Source: Mobula hypostoma (lineage: Eukaryota). Taken from it: a DNA stretch of 64,000 nt. The position numbers and the translations under genes were made by a program. Positions 1 through 12,770 of the stretch are shown here, piece by piece (positions within the stretch are counted from its first letter, which is position 1; every line of letters begins with the position of its first letter). A model generated the notes under the pieces. That model saw only the letters and a list, made by a program, of their open reading frames with translations. It searched no databases and was not told where the DNA came from. Location: NCBI RefSeq assembly GCF_963921235.1, contig NC_086097.1, positions 18,168,001-18,232,000 of the forward strand. Reading direction: 5' to 3'.

Positions 1-1008
1 GACGATCAACACTGGTGCACCTCAGGGGTGTGTGCTTAGCCCACTGCTCTACTCTCTCTCTCTACCCATGACTGTGTAGCTAGGCATAGTTCAAATACCT
101 CTATAAATTTGCTGATGATACAACCATGGTTGGTAGAATCTCAGATGGAGATGAGAGGGCGTACAGGAGTGAGATATACCAACTAGTGGAGTGGTGTCAC
201 AGCAACAACCTGGCATTCAACGTCAGTAAGACAAAAGAGCTGATTGTGGACTTCAGGAAGGTTAAGATGAAGGAACACATACCAATCCTCATAGAGGGAT
301 CAGAAGTGGAGAGAGAGCGAGCAGTTTCAAGTTCCTGGGTATCAAGATCTCTGAGGACCTAACCCAGTCCCAACATATCGATGCAGCTATAAAGGAGTCA
401 AGACAGTGACTATGCTCCATTAGGAGTTTGAAGAGGTTTGGGATGTCAACAAAAGCACTCAAAAACTTCCATAGATGTATGGTGGAGAGCATTCTGACAG
501 GCTGCATCACTGTCTGGTACAGGGAGGGAGGGGTGGGGGGGAGGCTACTGCACAGGACCGAAAGAAGCTGCAGAGGGTTGTAAGTTTAGTCAGCTCCATC
601 TTGGGTACTGTTCTACAATGTACCCAGGACATCTTCAAGAAGCAGTGTCTCAGAAAGGCAGCATCCATTACTAAGGACCTCCAGCACCCAGGGCATGCCC
701 TTTTCTCACTGTTACCATCAAGCAGGAGGTACAGAAGCCTGAAGGCACACACTCAGATTCAGGAACAGCTTCACGGCTCTGCCATCCGATTCCTAAATGG
801 ACATTGAACCCATGAATACTATCTCACTTTTTTAATGTGTATTATTTCTGTTTTTGTATGATTTTTAATCTATGCAATATACATATACAATAATTGATGT
901 ACTTATTTATTTTCATCTTTTTCTTCTATATTATGTATTGGATTGAACTGCCGGCTGCTAAGTGAACAAATTTCATGACACATGCTGGTGATAATAAACC
1001 TGATTCTG
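1..1008 (+). mobile_element. Rex1/Babar-type LINE, 3' part (decayed RT and 3' UTR)
   Basis: Translates [19 protein letters not shown]...KFADDT; ORFs 126-362 (NNLAFNVSKTKELIVDFRK) and 475-807 (HPGHALFSLLPSSRRYRSL); ends AATAAA-CCTGATTCTGA. Confidence 0.85.
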
Positions 1009-1009
1009 A

Positions 1010-1510
1010 AAGGAATAAACAATTGATGTTTCAGGCCCTTCGCCAGGACTGGGAAGGAAAGGAGCAGAAGCCAGAATAAAAAGGAGGAGGAGGGGAAGGA
1101 GTAGAAGCTGGCAGGGGAGACCAGGAGAGGGGTAAGGTAGGTAGGGGAGGGGAGATGAAGAAAGAAGCTGGGAGGTGATAGCTGGATTAGGTGAATGTTG
1201 AAAAAGAAGTTATCTGATAGGAGAGGACATTGGAGCATGGGAGAAAGGGAAGGAGGTGGGACACTAGAGGGAGGTGATGGGCAGGTGAAGAGAAGAGAAG
1301 GGGTAAGAGGTGAGACAGAATGTGGAATAGAAAAAGACTGAAGGGGAAGAGGAGTTATCGGAAGTTAGAGAAATTGATGTTCATGCATCAAGTTGAAGGC
1401 TACACAGGCAGAATATGAGGTTTTGCACCTCCAACTTGAGTGTGGTCTAAACGTGAGACCATGGACCAACACGCTGAAATGAGAATGGAAAGTGTGGCTA
1501 ACAGGAAATC
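1010..1510 (-). mobile_element. Penelope-like element 3' fragment with degenerate hammerhead motif
   Basis: Purine-rich tract matches reverse complement of 40200-40520; minus strand reads CAGTCCTGGCGAAGGGCCTGAAACATC near 1025-1051. Confidence 0.7.
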
Positions 1511-1654
1511 CCATAACAGCATGGTCCTCAGTCTCCCCCCTCTGTGTCCAGCATCTGCAGAATCTCTTGTGTTTGAAACTTCCAGGATTAGAAGTTTACT
1601 AAGATCATTGTATAGGTTTAAGGAAATTCCTGACTCGTGTCCAACAGAAGAAAG

Positions 1655-2048
1655 CACAAACAAGAGAAAATCTGCAGTTGCTGGAAATCCAAGCAACACA
1701 CACAAAATACTGGAGGAACTCATAGTCATAGCATAGTCATAGTCATACTTTATTGATCCTGGGGGAAATTGGTTTTCGTTACAGTTGCACCATAAATAAT
1801 AAATAGCAATAGAACCATAAATAGTTAAATAGTAATATGTAAATTATGCCAGTAAATTATGAAATAAGTCCAGGACCAGCCTATTGGCTCGGGGTGTCTG
1901 ACCCTCCAAGGGAGGAGTTGTAAAGTTTGATGGCCACAGGCAGGAATGACTTCCTATGGCGCTCTGTGCTGCATCTCGGTGGAGCTCAGCAGGCCAGGCA
2001 GCTTCTAGGAAAAGAGTACAGTTGACGTTTCGGGCTGAAACCTGCATC
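1655..2048 (-). mobile_element. Penelope terminal-repeat fragment interrupted by a LINE 3' end (1723-1980)
   Basis: TCTGCAGTTGCTGGAAATCC...GGAACTCA resumes GGAGCTCAGCAGGCCAGGCAGC; insert begins with (TAGTCA)n tail and TTTATT. Confidence 0.7.
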
Positions 2049-2637
2049 TTCTCTCCACAGTAGTCATTTAATCCCTCCTCACATTCTGGAGTAAAATGAT
2101 AAATTGTATTGGTTTAAAGGTTTAATTGGAAACCTACTCAGATTCACAATTAAGTTAATAATCAAGTAATCTTCAAAAAAGTGTTATGAGAAGGGACTTA
2201 AGTAGACATCCCTATAAGTAAAGTAAATAAGTCATCCCCCAATGTCCTCCAAACAGTAATCAAAGGGACTAGATACTGTAGCTGTGGAGTTAATTTCAGG
2301 AATCAAAAATAAACAATCTGCCTTTGAGCCCCTTGTTAATACTTTGGTTGATTGTAGCAAACCTGATACTGAATTATTTATGGTCAATCTGATCTGGCTC
2401 AGCATTCACATCTGACAGCACTCATTTTGACTATTGAAATAAATGAGCATTAATAATTCAAACATTAATAAGTGCTTCAGCAGTTGTGAATTATAATTTT
2501 ATTTCACACTGACAGACTTTACTCACTGCTAGGAATGATTTGTATCGGCCAAGGATTGTTATGCTGTGCTGCAGGCCTGTTGTGGTGAGTGGAATTGTTC
2601 ACCCCTCCACAGACGACATAAAATTTGTGGAGTTTTA

Positions 2638-2901
2638 GATGCTGTAGAGGTGCAGTGGTATCAGTGCTGGACTTCGGGGCGAGAGGTCCCAAGTTCGAAT
2701 CCAGCCAGCACCCTTGCACGCTCTCCATCTGTGCTGGGTTAAGAGCTGGTGATATATTTTAAAAAAACTCACCCGGCAGAAGGTAATGGCAAACCACTGC
2801 TGTACTGTTCCTCGTACATGATTTCCCAATACGTCAGAGCCGCGTGGAAGGAAATTTCCCGCTAAATGGAAAATTCCGGATGCCACATACCTTTCCTTTC
2901 C
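2638..2901 (+). mobile_element. tRNA-derived SINE with RTE-type body
   Basis: tRNA-like head with A box and B box (GTTCGAATCC); GAAGGTAATGGCAAACCAC motif typical of RTE-mobilised SINEs; (CCTTT)n tail. Confidence 0.7.
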
Positions 2902-2929
2902 AGAGGGCTGTTAATGGATGAAGCAGTAT

Positions 2930-3950
2930 ATAGATCAATTACAGATATGGTGGTGAAATGGCTGATTTGGTTGAATCTGAGAAGGTGTGAATTGTTGCAA
3001 TTTGGGAAATCTAATGCAAGGGGAAAGTATACAGTTATGACAGGACCGTTATTAGTATTGACGTATAGAGGGATGTTGGGGTCCAAAAGTCACTGAAAGT
3101 GGCCACACAAGTGGGTAACATGGTTTAGAAGGCATATGGCATCTTGCCTTCATTGGTTGGGGCATTGATCATAAGAGTAAGGGCCTCATGCTACAGGGTG
3201 GCACTGTAGCTTAGCGGCTGTACGGGTTAGGGGTCTTAAATTGTGGGCATGTTATATTGGTGCCTGAAGCACGGTAACACTTGCGGGCTGCCCCCAGCAC
3301 ATCCTTGCACTGTGTCGGGCTTTGACACAAATGACACATTTTCACCATTCCAAATTTCAATGTACATGCGACAAATAAAGCTAATCATTTTTAATCTCTC
3401 CTTAGCTCAATAAAACTTCAGTTAGGCCGCACATGTATTGTGTGGAATTCCTGCCACCCCATTACAGGAAAAATATGGAGGCTTTGGAAAGAATGTAGAA
3501 AAGGTTCACTAGGATGCTGCCTGGGTTAGAAGGTGAAACCTAAAAGTCTGGACACGCTTCTATTGTTTTCTCCAGAGTGCCAGAGGCTGAGGAGAGACTT
3601 GATAGAAGTTTGTAAAATTGTGAGCGGCTTAGATAGTCAGGATCTTTTTTTCTCCAAGGTAGAGATGTCAAGCCCTAGGGGACATGTATTCTAAGTTTGA
3701 GTTCAAAGATGTGTGGGGCAGGTTTTTTTTCACACAGAGAATGGTAGGTGCCTAGAACAGGCTGTCAGGGAGTAGTAGTAGAAGAAGATGCGATAGTGGC
3801 AAGAAATGGAGGGATATGGGCAATGTACACGCAAAATAGATTTAGGGTAATTTCAAAGTTCAAACGTTCAGCATGTTTAAAAGTTTAGCATTGCGTTCTG
3901 TACAAATATCATAGGATGAAGGGCCTGTTCCTGTGCTATGTTCTTCGTTA
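2930..3950 (+). mobile_element. Old CR1 LINE 3' fragment with SINE-like insert (~3196-3390)
   Basis: Decayed RT C-terminal region (CELLQFGKSN; RFTRMLPGL-like DNA) and CR1-type tail GAAGGGCCTGTTCCTGTGCT. Confidence 0.7.
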
Positions 3951-4289
3951 GTGTAAAAATACAACATACAACATACAGATTCAGACTTTATTGTGGAACT
4001 AAACCACTGTCAGAAAATTGATTGGTCTTGCCGGTTTTCCAGCCATAGTTAATTCTGATGAAATCTCTGCGGAAAAATCCATTTCAGTTGATAATGATGT
4101 GACTCAGCGAATTGCTGTTAAGTCTGCATTATTCATTTGGGTACAGTGGATTCTGTGTGGCCATCAAAATGGTGCCCAAATAGGGCATGGATGTGGTGCA
4201 TGTTGCATTGGATTCTGCATCAGGGAGAGCACAGATACGTGTGTCATTAAAGACCTTCTGAATTCTCCAAGGATGGTTATGCTGTCGTG

Positions 4290-4560
4290 TTGCAGAGACG
4301 GGAGAGTTCTTGAGATGCTGAAAGCGATGCAGCCTGGAGTTTAGCTGTATGTCACTAAGCTTCTGGTAGGGCATCCAAGGCAGTAAGGTCAAGCGGGAGG
4401 TTCCAGATGAAGAGTGATCCAACCAAGACCTCACCAATGGAGCTGGTGGAAGATGATGACATATCGCAATGGCAGTGAAGGCAGAGGAAGGCTGCAATAG
4501 TGAAGGGTCCCAAACATCTTGCATTCCATGCCCCTGAATCCTGGCTCTGAACTGTGCACT
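4290..4560 (+). mobile_element. RTE 5'UTR-derived non-autonomous element
   Basis: CTGGTAGGGCATCCAAGGCAGTAAGGTC...CAAGACCTCA is homologous to 18606-18860. Confidence 0.6.
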
Positions 4561-5210
4561 GTGTGGTGGCTGCACCTGCACCAGCCTCCCCATATTGAAA
4601 ATAAATCACATACATGTGTTCTCCATTAAGGGAATGCATGCTAACATCCCGGATGATGTGGATCCTGGATTGGCCTCCACAGCCAACTGAAGATGCACCA
4701 ACAAACAACCGTTCAGGAAAACATCATACCCGACTCGAGTGATGACACTACCTCTACTGAATTATGTAGAGAACAGAAGCTTCACGTGAATGAGCAGGCA
4801 ATGCTGTCAGTCTGGTGTTCAAAACCCCAGTTAATGCCTGCCCTTAGACTAGGAGTTCTCCGCCCCATGGAGGGCAAAGCATAAAGAGGAGGCTTACATA
4901 TTTTTGGAAAATTAGGGACTTGAGGGTGATGGGGAAAGTGGCACCAAAGAGCAATTGATGCTTGGAGCTGATTGGCCATGATTATGTTGAATGGCAGGGT
5001 GCAGGTTTGAGGAGACAAGTGGCCTACTTTAAAGAGGTAGATTAAAGATTAGCTTTAATTGTCACATGTACATCAAAACTCTGAAACATAAATTGCAATG
5101 TGTCATTTGATCCAATGATCAACACTGTACGAGGATGTACTGGGGGAAGCCCATAAGTGCTGCTATGCTTTCAGCACCACGAAGTGTGCCCACAACTTAT
5201 TAACACTAAT

Positions 5211-5311
5211 CTGTGTATTTTTGGATTGTGGGCGGAAACCAGAGCACCCGGAAAAAACACATGCAGCCACGGGCATAACGTACAAACTCCTTACAGACAG
5301 CGGCGGGAATT
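5211..5311 (-). mobile_element. V-SINE/HE1-type SINE fragment
   Basis: Reverse complement of V-domain core (GGAGTTTGTACGTT...TCCGGGTGCTCTGGTTTCC). Confidence 0.7.
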
Positions 5312-5850
5312 TAAAGTTCAAGTTCAAAGTACATTTACTATCAAAGTATGTATACATTATTCAATCTTGAGATTTTTCTCCTATTTGGGCAGCCAAGAAG
5401 CAAAGAAATCCAGAAGAACCCATATAAAAAAAGACCGTCGAACATCCAATGCGTAGACAGAAACAAAATCATGCAAACAATGACGGTAGGCAAATGGTGT
5501 TCTTAACTGAAGCCTGCAAGGAGAGTCCGAGACCCATACTTCAGTGCAGAGCTGAGTAAGTGTGGAGCAGTGAGCTGAACCGGCCCATCCCTCACCTCGG
5601 GACCTGACACCCTGGCCTTTTCAATCTGGCCCAGTACCTGAGTCATCGCCCATATCGGGTTCAGTCGCTTTGATATGCTGTGGGGCCAGGATGCCCACAC
5701 CTCGATTCGGTCCGTCCCCAACCTTTCCGATTCGGCTTGGCACCTAAATTGATCGAACCTCAGCCGAGTTTGCTGCCATTTCACAGGAGGCCTCCTAAGC
5801 AGGTAACTTACCCAGTGCTGCAATGGTAGAACTGATGGCCTTGTGGACTT
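5312..5850 (-). mobile_element. Non-autonomous retroposon with Rex/L2-type 3' tail
   Basis: Tail AAAGTTCAAGTTCAAAGTACATTTACTATCAAAGTA; GC-rich 5' part with AAATGGCAGC on minus strand. Confidence 0.55.
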
Positions 5851-5914
5851 CAGGAACAAAGAGCATGGAACAGTACAGCACAGGACCATTCCCTTCGGCC
5901 CACAATGTCTTTGG

Positions 5915-6730
5915 CAATAGGTTCAGTGGGTTCACTAGGTACATTTAACGTCAGAGAAATGTATACAATATACATCCTGAAATTCCTTTTTTTTCCCAAA
6001 CATCCACGAAAACAGAGGAGTGCCCCAAAGAATGAATGATAGTTAAACATTAGAACCCCAAAGGCCTGCCAGCTCCCCCCTCCCACGTACAAGCAGCAGC
6101 AAGGCAACGACCCCCCCCCGCAACCCCACCAGCAAAAAAAACAACGGCGCCCTCCACTGAGTACTCAAAAGTGCAGCAAAGCATCAATAAAGACACAGAC
6201 TTGCGGTACACCAAAGACTATTTGTAATTCGATATACCACAGGCTATCTCTCTCCCTAATAAGGGAAAAAGAGATGTCCCCATTTCACAGCGAGAGGGGA
6301 GACATAACAAACAATTTGCTGATTTATGGTGTTAAAAGTTTGTTGTGTCGCTTTTTCCGAGCTCAGTGCTCAGGGAGTTCCAGTCTCTGGACACACAGAC
6401 AGCAGCTAACCTGCTGCTCCCGATGTTCCGTGTTCTCCCCCGACACCTCAGTCTAGGGCACTGGCCTAGAATTAGTCTGCCTCCACAGCCATGAAAATCT
6501 GGCACCCTGACGGCGAGTTAGTCTTCCAGGCCGTGTCCTTGGGATATCAAAAAGCGGCTGATCATGAGGCCCTGAGAGCAGGTCCTATTCCCTCAATAAA
6601 CCAAAGCCAGAGTGTAACTCCACATAAGGGTCTTCAAAAGAAACTTGAAAAAAAAGAGATATCAAAGATAGAAATAGAGCTGTTTCTGAAGATGCAAGCG
6701 AAGGAGTCGCCATTTAGCACTACCAGGACT
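5915..6730 (-). mobile_element. Non-autonomous retroposon (AAATGGCG 5' end, Rex/L2-type tail)
   Basis: Minus strand begins GTGCTAAATGGCGACTCC; tail GGTTCAGTGGGTTCACTAGGTACATTTAA; no ORF with TE motifs. Confidence 0.55.
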
Positions 6731-7748
6731 TTAAACGGCGACCCCTTTGCTTGCATCTTTGCTTGTCAAACACAATGCCAAATTAAACTCAATTGCTTCT
6801 ACCCACACGGTCTCATGCTAAACCTCTTTTGTACCCTTTCAAAAGCCTCCTGAGATGGAGGCAACCAGAACTTTACTCAATGTTTTACACAATTCAAACT
6901 GATAATTTTTCTATCATATAGCTACTTTCTGCAGTATTGTGCAATGGGATTGAGGGATGCATGCAAAATACAGACTCTCATTCAAGGACTCTACAACTCA
7001 TGTCCTCAGCATTATATATTTACTTTTTTATTATTTGCACAATTTGTCTTCCTTTACATATTGATCGTTATTTATAGTTTTCATAAATTCTATAGTATTT
7101 CTTTATTTCTGTGTAAATGCCTTCAAGGAAATGAATCTCAGCGTGGTATATGCTGATAAATCATGCCACAGAAACTGACATAAGCACCGGCCTGATGGGC
7201 CACAAGGCTCGGGACAGACTTTGACTTTGATATGCTGATAAATAGAGTCCGTACTTTGATAATAAATTTATTTTGAACTTTGAACAGTAGGTTGAAGCAT
7301 TCAACACCAGGTTTGGATCCTAGAGTGACTGCAACGTAAGAACTTCCCACAGTCACTAAAAAGTGTATCAATGCCTGTCTTTGATATTCAGAGCTAATCT
7401 AGTGTGTTTAATCAATTTAAACTCAGTGAGCTGGTATTCTTAAATGATAAAATAGGCTGAAGTCAGCATAGTTTCCTCGAGGAAAAATCTTCCCTGACAA
7501 ATCTGTTGAAATTCTTTGAAGAAATAACAAGCAGGATAGACAAAGTAGAATTGATGGATGTTATGTACTTGGATTTTCAGAAGGCCTTTGATAATGTGCC
7601 ACAGATTAGGTTGATTAACAAGTTAAGAACCCATGGTATTACAGGAAGGATACTAGCATGGATAGAGCTTTGGCTGATTGGCAGGAGGCAAAGAGTGGAA
7701 ATAAAGGGAAACTTTTCTGGTTGTCTACTGGTAACTACAGGTGTTCCA

Positions 7749-8062
7749 TAAGACCAGAATTAGGCCATCTGGCCCATCCCATCGAGTCTGCTCTGCCATT
7801 CAATTATGGATGATCCTTTTTTCTTATCCTCCCCAACCCCAGTTCCCAGCCTTCTCCCTGTAATTATTGATGCCATGTCCAATTAAGAACCTATCAATCT
7901 CTGCCTTAAATACACCCAACGACCTGGCCTCTACAGCTGCAAGTGGCAACAAATTCCACAAATTCACGACCCTCTGGCTGAAGAAATTTCTCTGCATCTC
8001 TGTTTGAAAGGACGCCCCTCTATCCTGAGGCTGTGCGCTCTTGTCCTAGACTCTCCCACCAT
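7749..8062 (-). mobile_element. CR1 3' end inserted antisense (continues ~10135-10205)
   Basis: CATAAGACCAGAATTAGGCCAT tail on reverse strand; homologous to 45556-45900. Confidence 0.75.
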
Positions 8063-8064
8063 AA

Positions 8065-10135
8065 AAGACCCTATCGTATCCGCCTCCACCACCAACGCCG
8101 GCAGCCCATTCCACGCATTCACCACTCTCTGCGTAAAAAAAACATACCCTTGACATCTCCTCTACTTCCAAGCACCTTAAAACTGTGCCATCTGGTGCTA
8201 GCCATTTTAGCCCTGAGAAAAAACCTCTGACTATCCACATGATCAATGCCTCTCGTCATCTTATACACCTCTAGCAGGTCACCTCTCATCCTCGGTTGTT
8301 CCAAGGAAAAAGGCCGAGTTCACTCAACCTATTCTCATAAGGCATGCTCCCCAATCCAGGCAACATCCTTGTAGATCTCCTCTGCACCCTTTCTACGATT
8401 TCCACATTCTTCCTGTAGTGAGACAACCAGAACTGAGCACAGTACTCCAAGTGGGTTCTGACTAGCATCCTATATAGCTGCAATATTATCTCTCGGCTCC
8501 TAAACTTAATCCCACGATTGATGCAGGCCAATGCACCATATGCTTTCTTAACCACAGAGTCAACCTGTGCAGCAGCTTTGAGTGTTCTATGGACTCAGAC
8601 TCCAAGATCCCTTTGATCCTTCTCACTGAAGAGAGTCTTACCATTACTGCTATATTCTGTCATCATATTTGATCTACCAAAATGAACCACCTCACACTTA
8701 TCTGGGTTGAATCCCATCTGCCACTTCTCAGCCCAGTTTTGCATCTTATCAATGTCCTGCTGTAACCTCTGACAGCCCTCCACACTATCCACAACACCCC
8801 CAACCTTTGTGTCATCAGCAAATTTACTAACTCATCCCTCCACTTCTTCATCCAGGTCATTTATAAACATCACGAAGAGTAGGGGTCCCAGAACAGATCC
8901 CTGAGGCACCTCACTGGTGACCGACTTCCATGCAGAATATGACCCCTCTACAACCACTCTTTGCCTTCTGTGGGCAACCCAGTTCTGGATCCACAAAGCA
9001 ATGTCTCCTTGGATCCCATGCCTCCTTACTTTCTCAATAAGCCTTGCATGGGGTACTTTATCAAATACCTTGCTGAAATCCATATACACTACATCTACTA
9101 CTCTATCTTCATCAATGTGTTTAGTTACATCCTCAAAAAATTCAATCAGGCTCATAAGGCACGACCTGTCTTCCACAAAGCCATGCTGACTATTCCTAAT
9201 CATACTATGCCTCTCCAAATGCTCGTAAATCCTGCCTCTCAGGATCTTCTCCATTAACTTACCAACCACTGAAGTAAGACTCACTGATCTATAATTTCCC
9301 AGGCTATCTCTACTCCCTTTCTTGAGTAATGGAACAACATCTGCAACTCTGCAATCCTCCAGAACATCTCCCGTTCCCATTGATAATGCACAGATCATTG
9401 CCAGAGGCTCAGCAATCTCAACCCTCACGTCTACAGTAGCCTGGGGTACATCTCGTCCGGTCCCAGTGACTTATCCAACTTGATGCTTTCCAAAAGCTCC
9501 AGCACATCCTCTTTCTTAATATCTAAATGCTCAAGCATTTCGGTCAACTGTAAGTCATCCCTACAATCACCAAGATCCTTATCTGTAGTGAATGCTGAAG
9601 CAAAGTACTCATTAAGTACCTTTGCTATCTCCTCCAGTTCCATACACACTTTTCCTCCATCACACTTGATTGGTCCTATTCTCTCACATCTTATCCTCTT
9701 GCTCTTCACATACTTGTAGAATGCCTTGGGGTTTTCCCTAATCCTATCTGCTAAGGCCTTCCCATGGCCCCTTCTGGCTCTAATTTCATTCTAAAGCTCC
9801 TTTCTGCTAATAATCTTCTAGATCTCTATCATTACATAGTTGTTTGAACCTTTTGTAAGCTCTTCTTTTCTTCTTGACTAGATTTACAGCAGCCTTTCTA
9901 CACCACAGTTCCTGTACCCTACCATCCTTTCCCTGTATCATTGGAATGTATCTATGCAGAACTCCACGCAAACATTTGCCACATTTCTTCCATACATTTC
10001 CCTGAGATCATCTGTTTCCAAATTATGCTTCCAAGTTCCTGCCTGATAGCCTCATATTTCCCCTTACTCCAATTAAACGCTTTCCTAACTTGTCTGTTCG
10101 TATCCCTCTCCAATGCTATATTAAGGAGATAGAAT
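8065..10135 (-). mobile_element. CR1/HER1-type LINE ORF2 fragment (RT)
   Basis: ORFs 8832-9428 ([32 protein letters not shown]), 8286-8555 (HLEYCAQFW), 9431-9709. Confidence 0.9.
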
Positions 10136-12770
10136 TGTGATTATCCTTCTGAATTCCAGCAAGTACAGATCCAAAGCCTTCGAACGTCGCTTGTCTGATA
10201 TCAGGCGTCTAAATTGGGACCGTGACTATTTACATTATATGTCAATGATTTGGACGATGAAAGTGATGGTTTTGTGGCCAAGGTAGTGGATGATATGATG
10301 ATAGGTAGAAGTGTAGGTAGTTTTAAGGAAGTAGAGAAGCTACAGAAGGACTTAGACAGATTAGGAGAATGGACAAAGTAGCAGATGGAATACTGTGTTG
10401 AGAAGTACATGGTCATGCATTTTGGTAGAAGAAAAAGGTAGGGTTTTTTCTAAATGGAGACAAAATTCAAAAATCTGAGGCACAAAGGGACTTTGGAGTC
10501 CTAATGCAGGATTCCCTAAAGGTCCTGCACAAAGGAGATGTCAGAGGTAAGTTTTTTACGCAGAGAGTGGTGAGTGCGTGGAACAGGCTGCCGGCGACGG
10601 TGATGGAGGCGGATATGATAGGGTCTTTTAAGAGACTCCTGGATAGGTACATGGAGCTTAGAAAAATAGAGGGCTATGGGTAACCCTAGGCAATTTCTAA
10701 GGTAGGGACATGTTCGGCACAACTTTGTGGGCCAAAAGGCCTGTATTGTGCTGTAGGTTTTCTATGTTTTCATGTCCATTTGAGTCTGTGGTGAGGAAGG
10801 TAAATGTGATATTAGCATTCATTTCAAGAGGACTAGAATATAAAAGCAAGGATGTAATGCTGGGGCTTCCAAAGGCACTGGTGCGGCCTCACTTGGAGTA
10901 TTGTGAGCAATTTTGGGCCACTTATCTAAGAAAGGATGTGCTGACATTAGAGAGGGTTCAAGGAGATTCACAAAAATTATTCCAGGATTGAAAGGCTTAT
11001 CATGTGAGGAGTATTGGGTGACTCTGGGGCTATGCTCACAGGAATTCAGAAGAAAGGGGGGGATCTTATTGAAATCAATCGAATTTGAATGGCCTCGATT
11101 GCGTGGATGTGGAGAAGATGTTTCCTATGGTGGGGTGTAGGGTGGAATCTAAGAGCAGTGGACACAGCCTCAGAATAAGATATATAGGAGCAGAATTAGG
11201 CCATTTGGTCCATCGAGTCTGCTCCACCATTTCATTATAGCTGATCCATTTCCCCTTTCAGCACCAGTTTCCTGCTTTCTCCTGTATCTCTTCATGCCCT
11301 GATTAATCAAGAATCTATCAACCTCTGGCTCCACAGCCAGCTGTGGCAATGAATTCCACAGATTTACCACTCTCTGGCTAAAAAAATGCCTCCTCATCTC
11401 CGTTCTAAAGGGCGCCCCTCGATTTTGAGGGAAGTCCATTGAGAATGGTGATGAGAAGGAATTTCTTTAGCCAGAAAGTAGTGACTTTGTACAATTCTTT
11501 GCTACAGGTGGTTGTGGAGGCCAAGTTATTGGATATACTTAAGGCAGAGGTTGATAGATTCTTGATTAGTCAGGGCATGAAGGGATATCATGAGAAAGCA
11601 GGAGACTGGGCTTGAGAGAGAAATAGATCAGCCATGATGATATAGTGGAGCAGACTCAATGGGCCAAATGGCCTAATTCTGCTCCTATATCTTATGGTCT
11701 TATGGGATCATGACAAACAATTCTCATGGAATCGGTGTCAGTTTTCCTGCGTTACTGGAGGGAGAAACTTTGGTACCGAGGATGTAGTCCAGAAGAAGGT
11801 GTAGTCTGGGTAAGCTGCTTCAATAGTTGGCTTACACCAATTGATATCCAGTCAGATGAAGAATTGTCCAGTGTGTATCAGCCCCAGTTCCATTGTCAAT
11901 AACTCAGATACTGACCTTTGCTGCATGACAACTCTCAGACTGGGGATCAGCAAGAGTTAACATTTCCACAGAACAAGCTCATGCGAAGACAGTTAGGGGT
12001 TGACATTAAAACTATATCCTGATGATCATACTGACCAGTAATTTTCCTTCAGATGGGTTAAATTACAGAATGACTATCAGAAAAGGGACGTTGAAAAATA
12101 TAATTGTGTAATAAAAAAGAACTAATACACACCTATTACATCACCAGCATGCTGACAGTAGATGTTCAATTTAAGGGTGCACATTACTGTGGTTTTACTC
12201 CCTGTGACCTCCAGCATCAGTAATGACAAGAGCTGCAGGAATGCCGTGACCTTAATATTCCCATTCATCCCACTAATCCACCCCATCACTACTTTATCAC
12301 TTCCTCTCAGTCACCTTATGTGCAAACACTCCTGTACTTAGCATCACTTTACGGACATACAATCAATCTATGTATAGAAACGATCACATGTATTTATATT
12401 TATTGTGTTTTAATATTGCTGTGTTCTTTATCTTATTGTGTCTGCTGTGCTTTATCAGATGCAGCCAGTGTGCATCAACAGCACCAGATAGATGCTCAAC
12501 CTCTATATCATAAAGGTACGAGGGTACTTGGTGCTTGAGAATATCATTCCCTTCAGGTTTCCTCTGTAATGTTCTGACTTGGAAATTTAACGCTGGTTCT
12601 TCATCAAGTAAACCTAAATGAGGGAATGTGTATCTTTACCACAATTTAAGAAGTTAGACCAACATAAGAATTGGTTTATTATTGTCACATGTACACTGCA
12701 CAATGAAAAACTCGTCAGGCATACCAGACATGAAGATTAATTCATTACAGCAGTTCATTAAGATTGTACA

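Larger units (their letters stand above)
7445..11705 (+). mobile_element. CR1 LINE (RT to 3' end) split by nested insertions
   Basis: ORF 7506-7751 YLDFQKAFD...VTTGVP resumes at ~10215 (LGP.LFTLYVNDL); RPHLEYCEQFW in ORF 10710-10991; tail CTTATGGTCTTATGG. Confidence 0.85.

Noticed and set aside
2638..2712. tRNA gene (Pro-like)
   Set aside because: No convincing acceptor stem or T-run terminator; runs directly into a SINE body.
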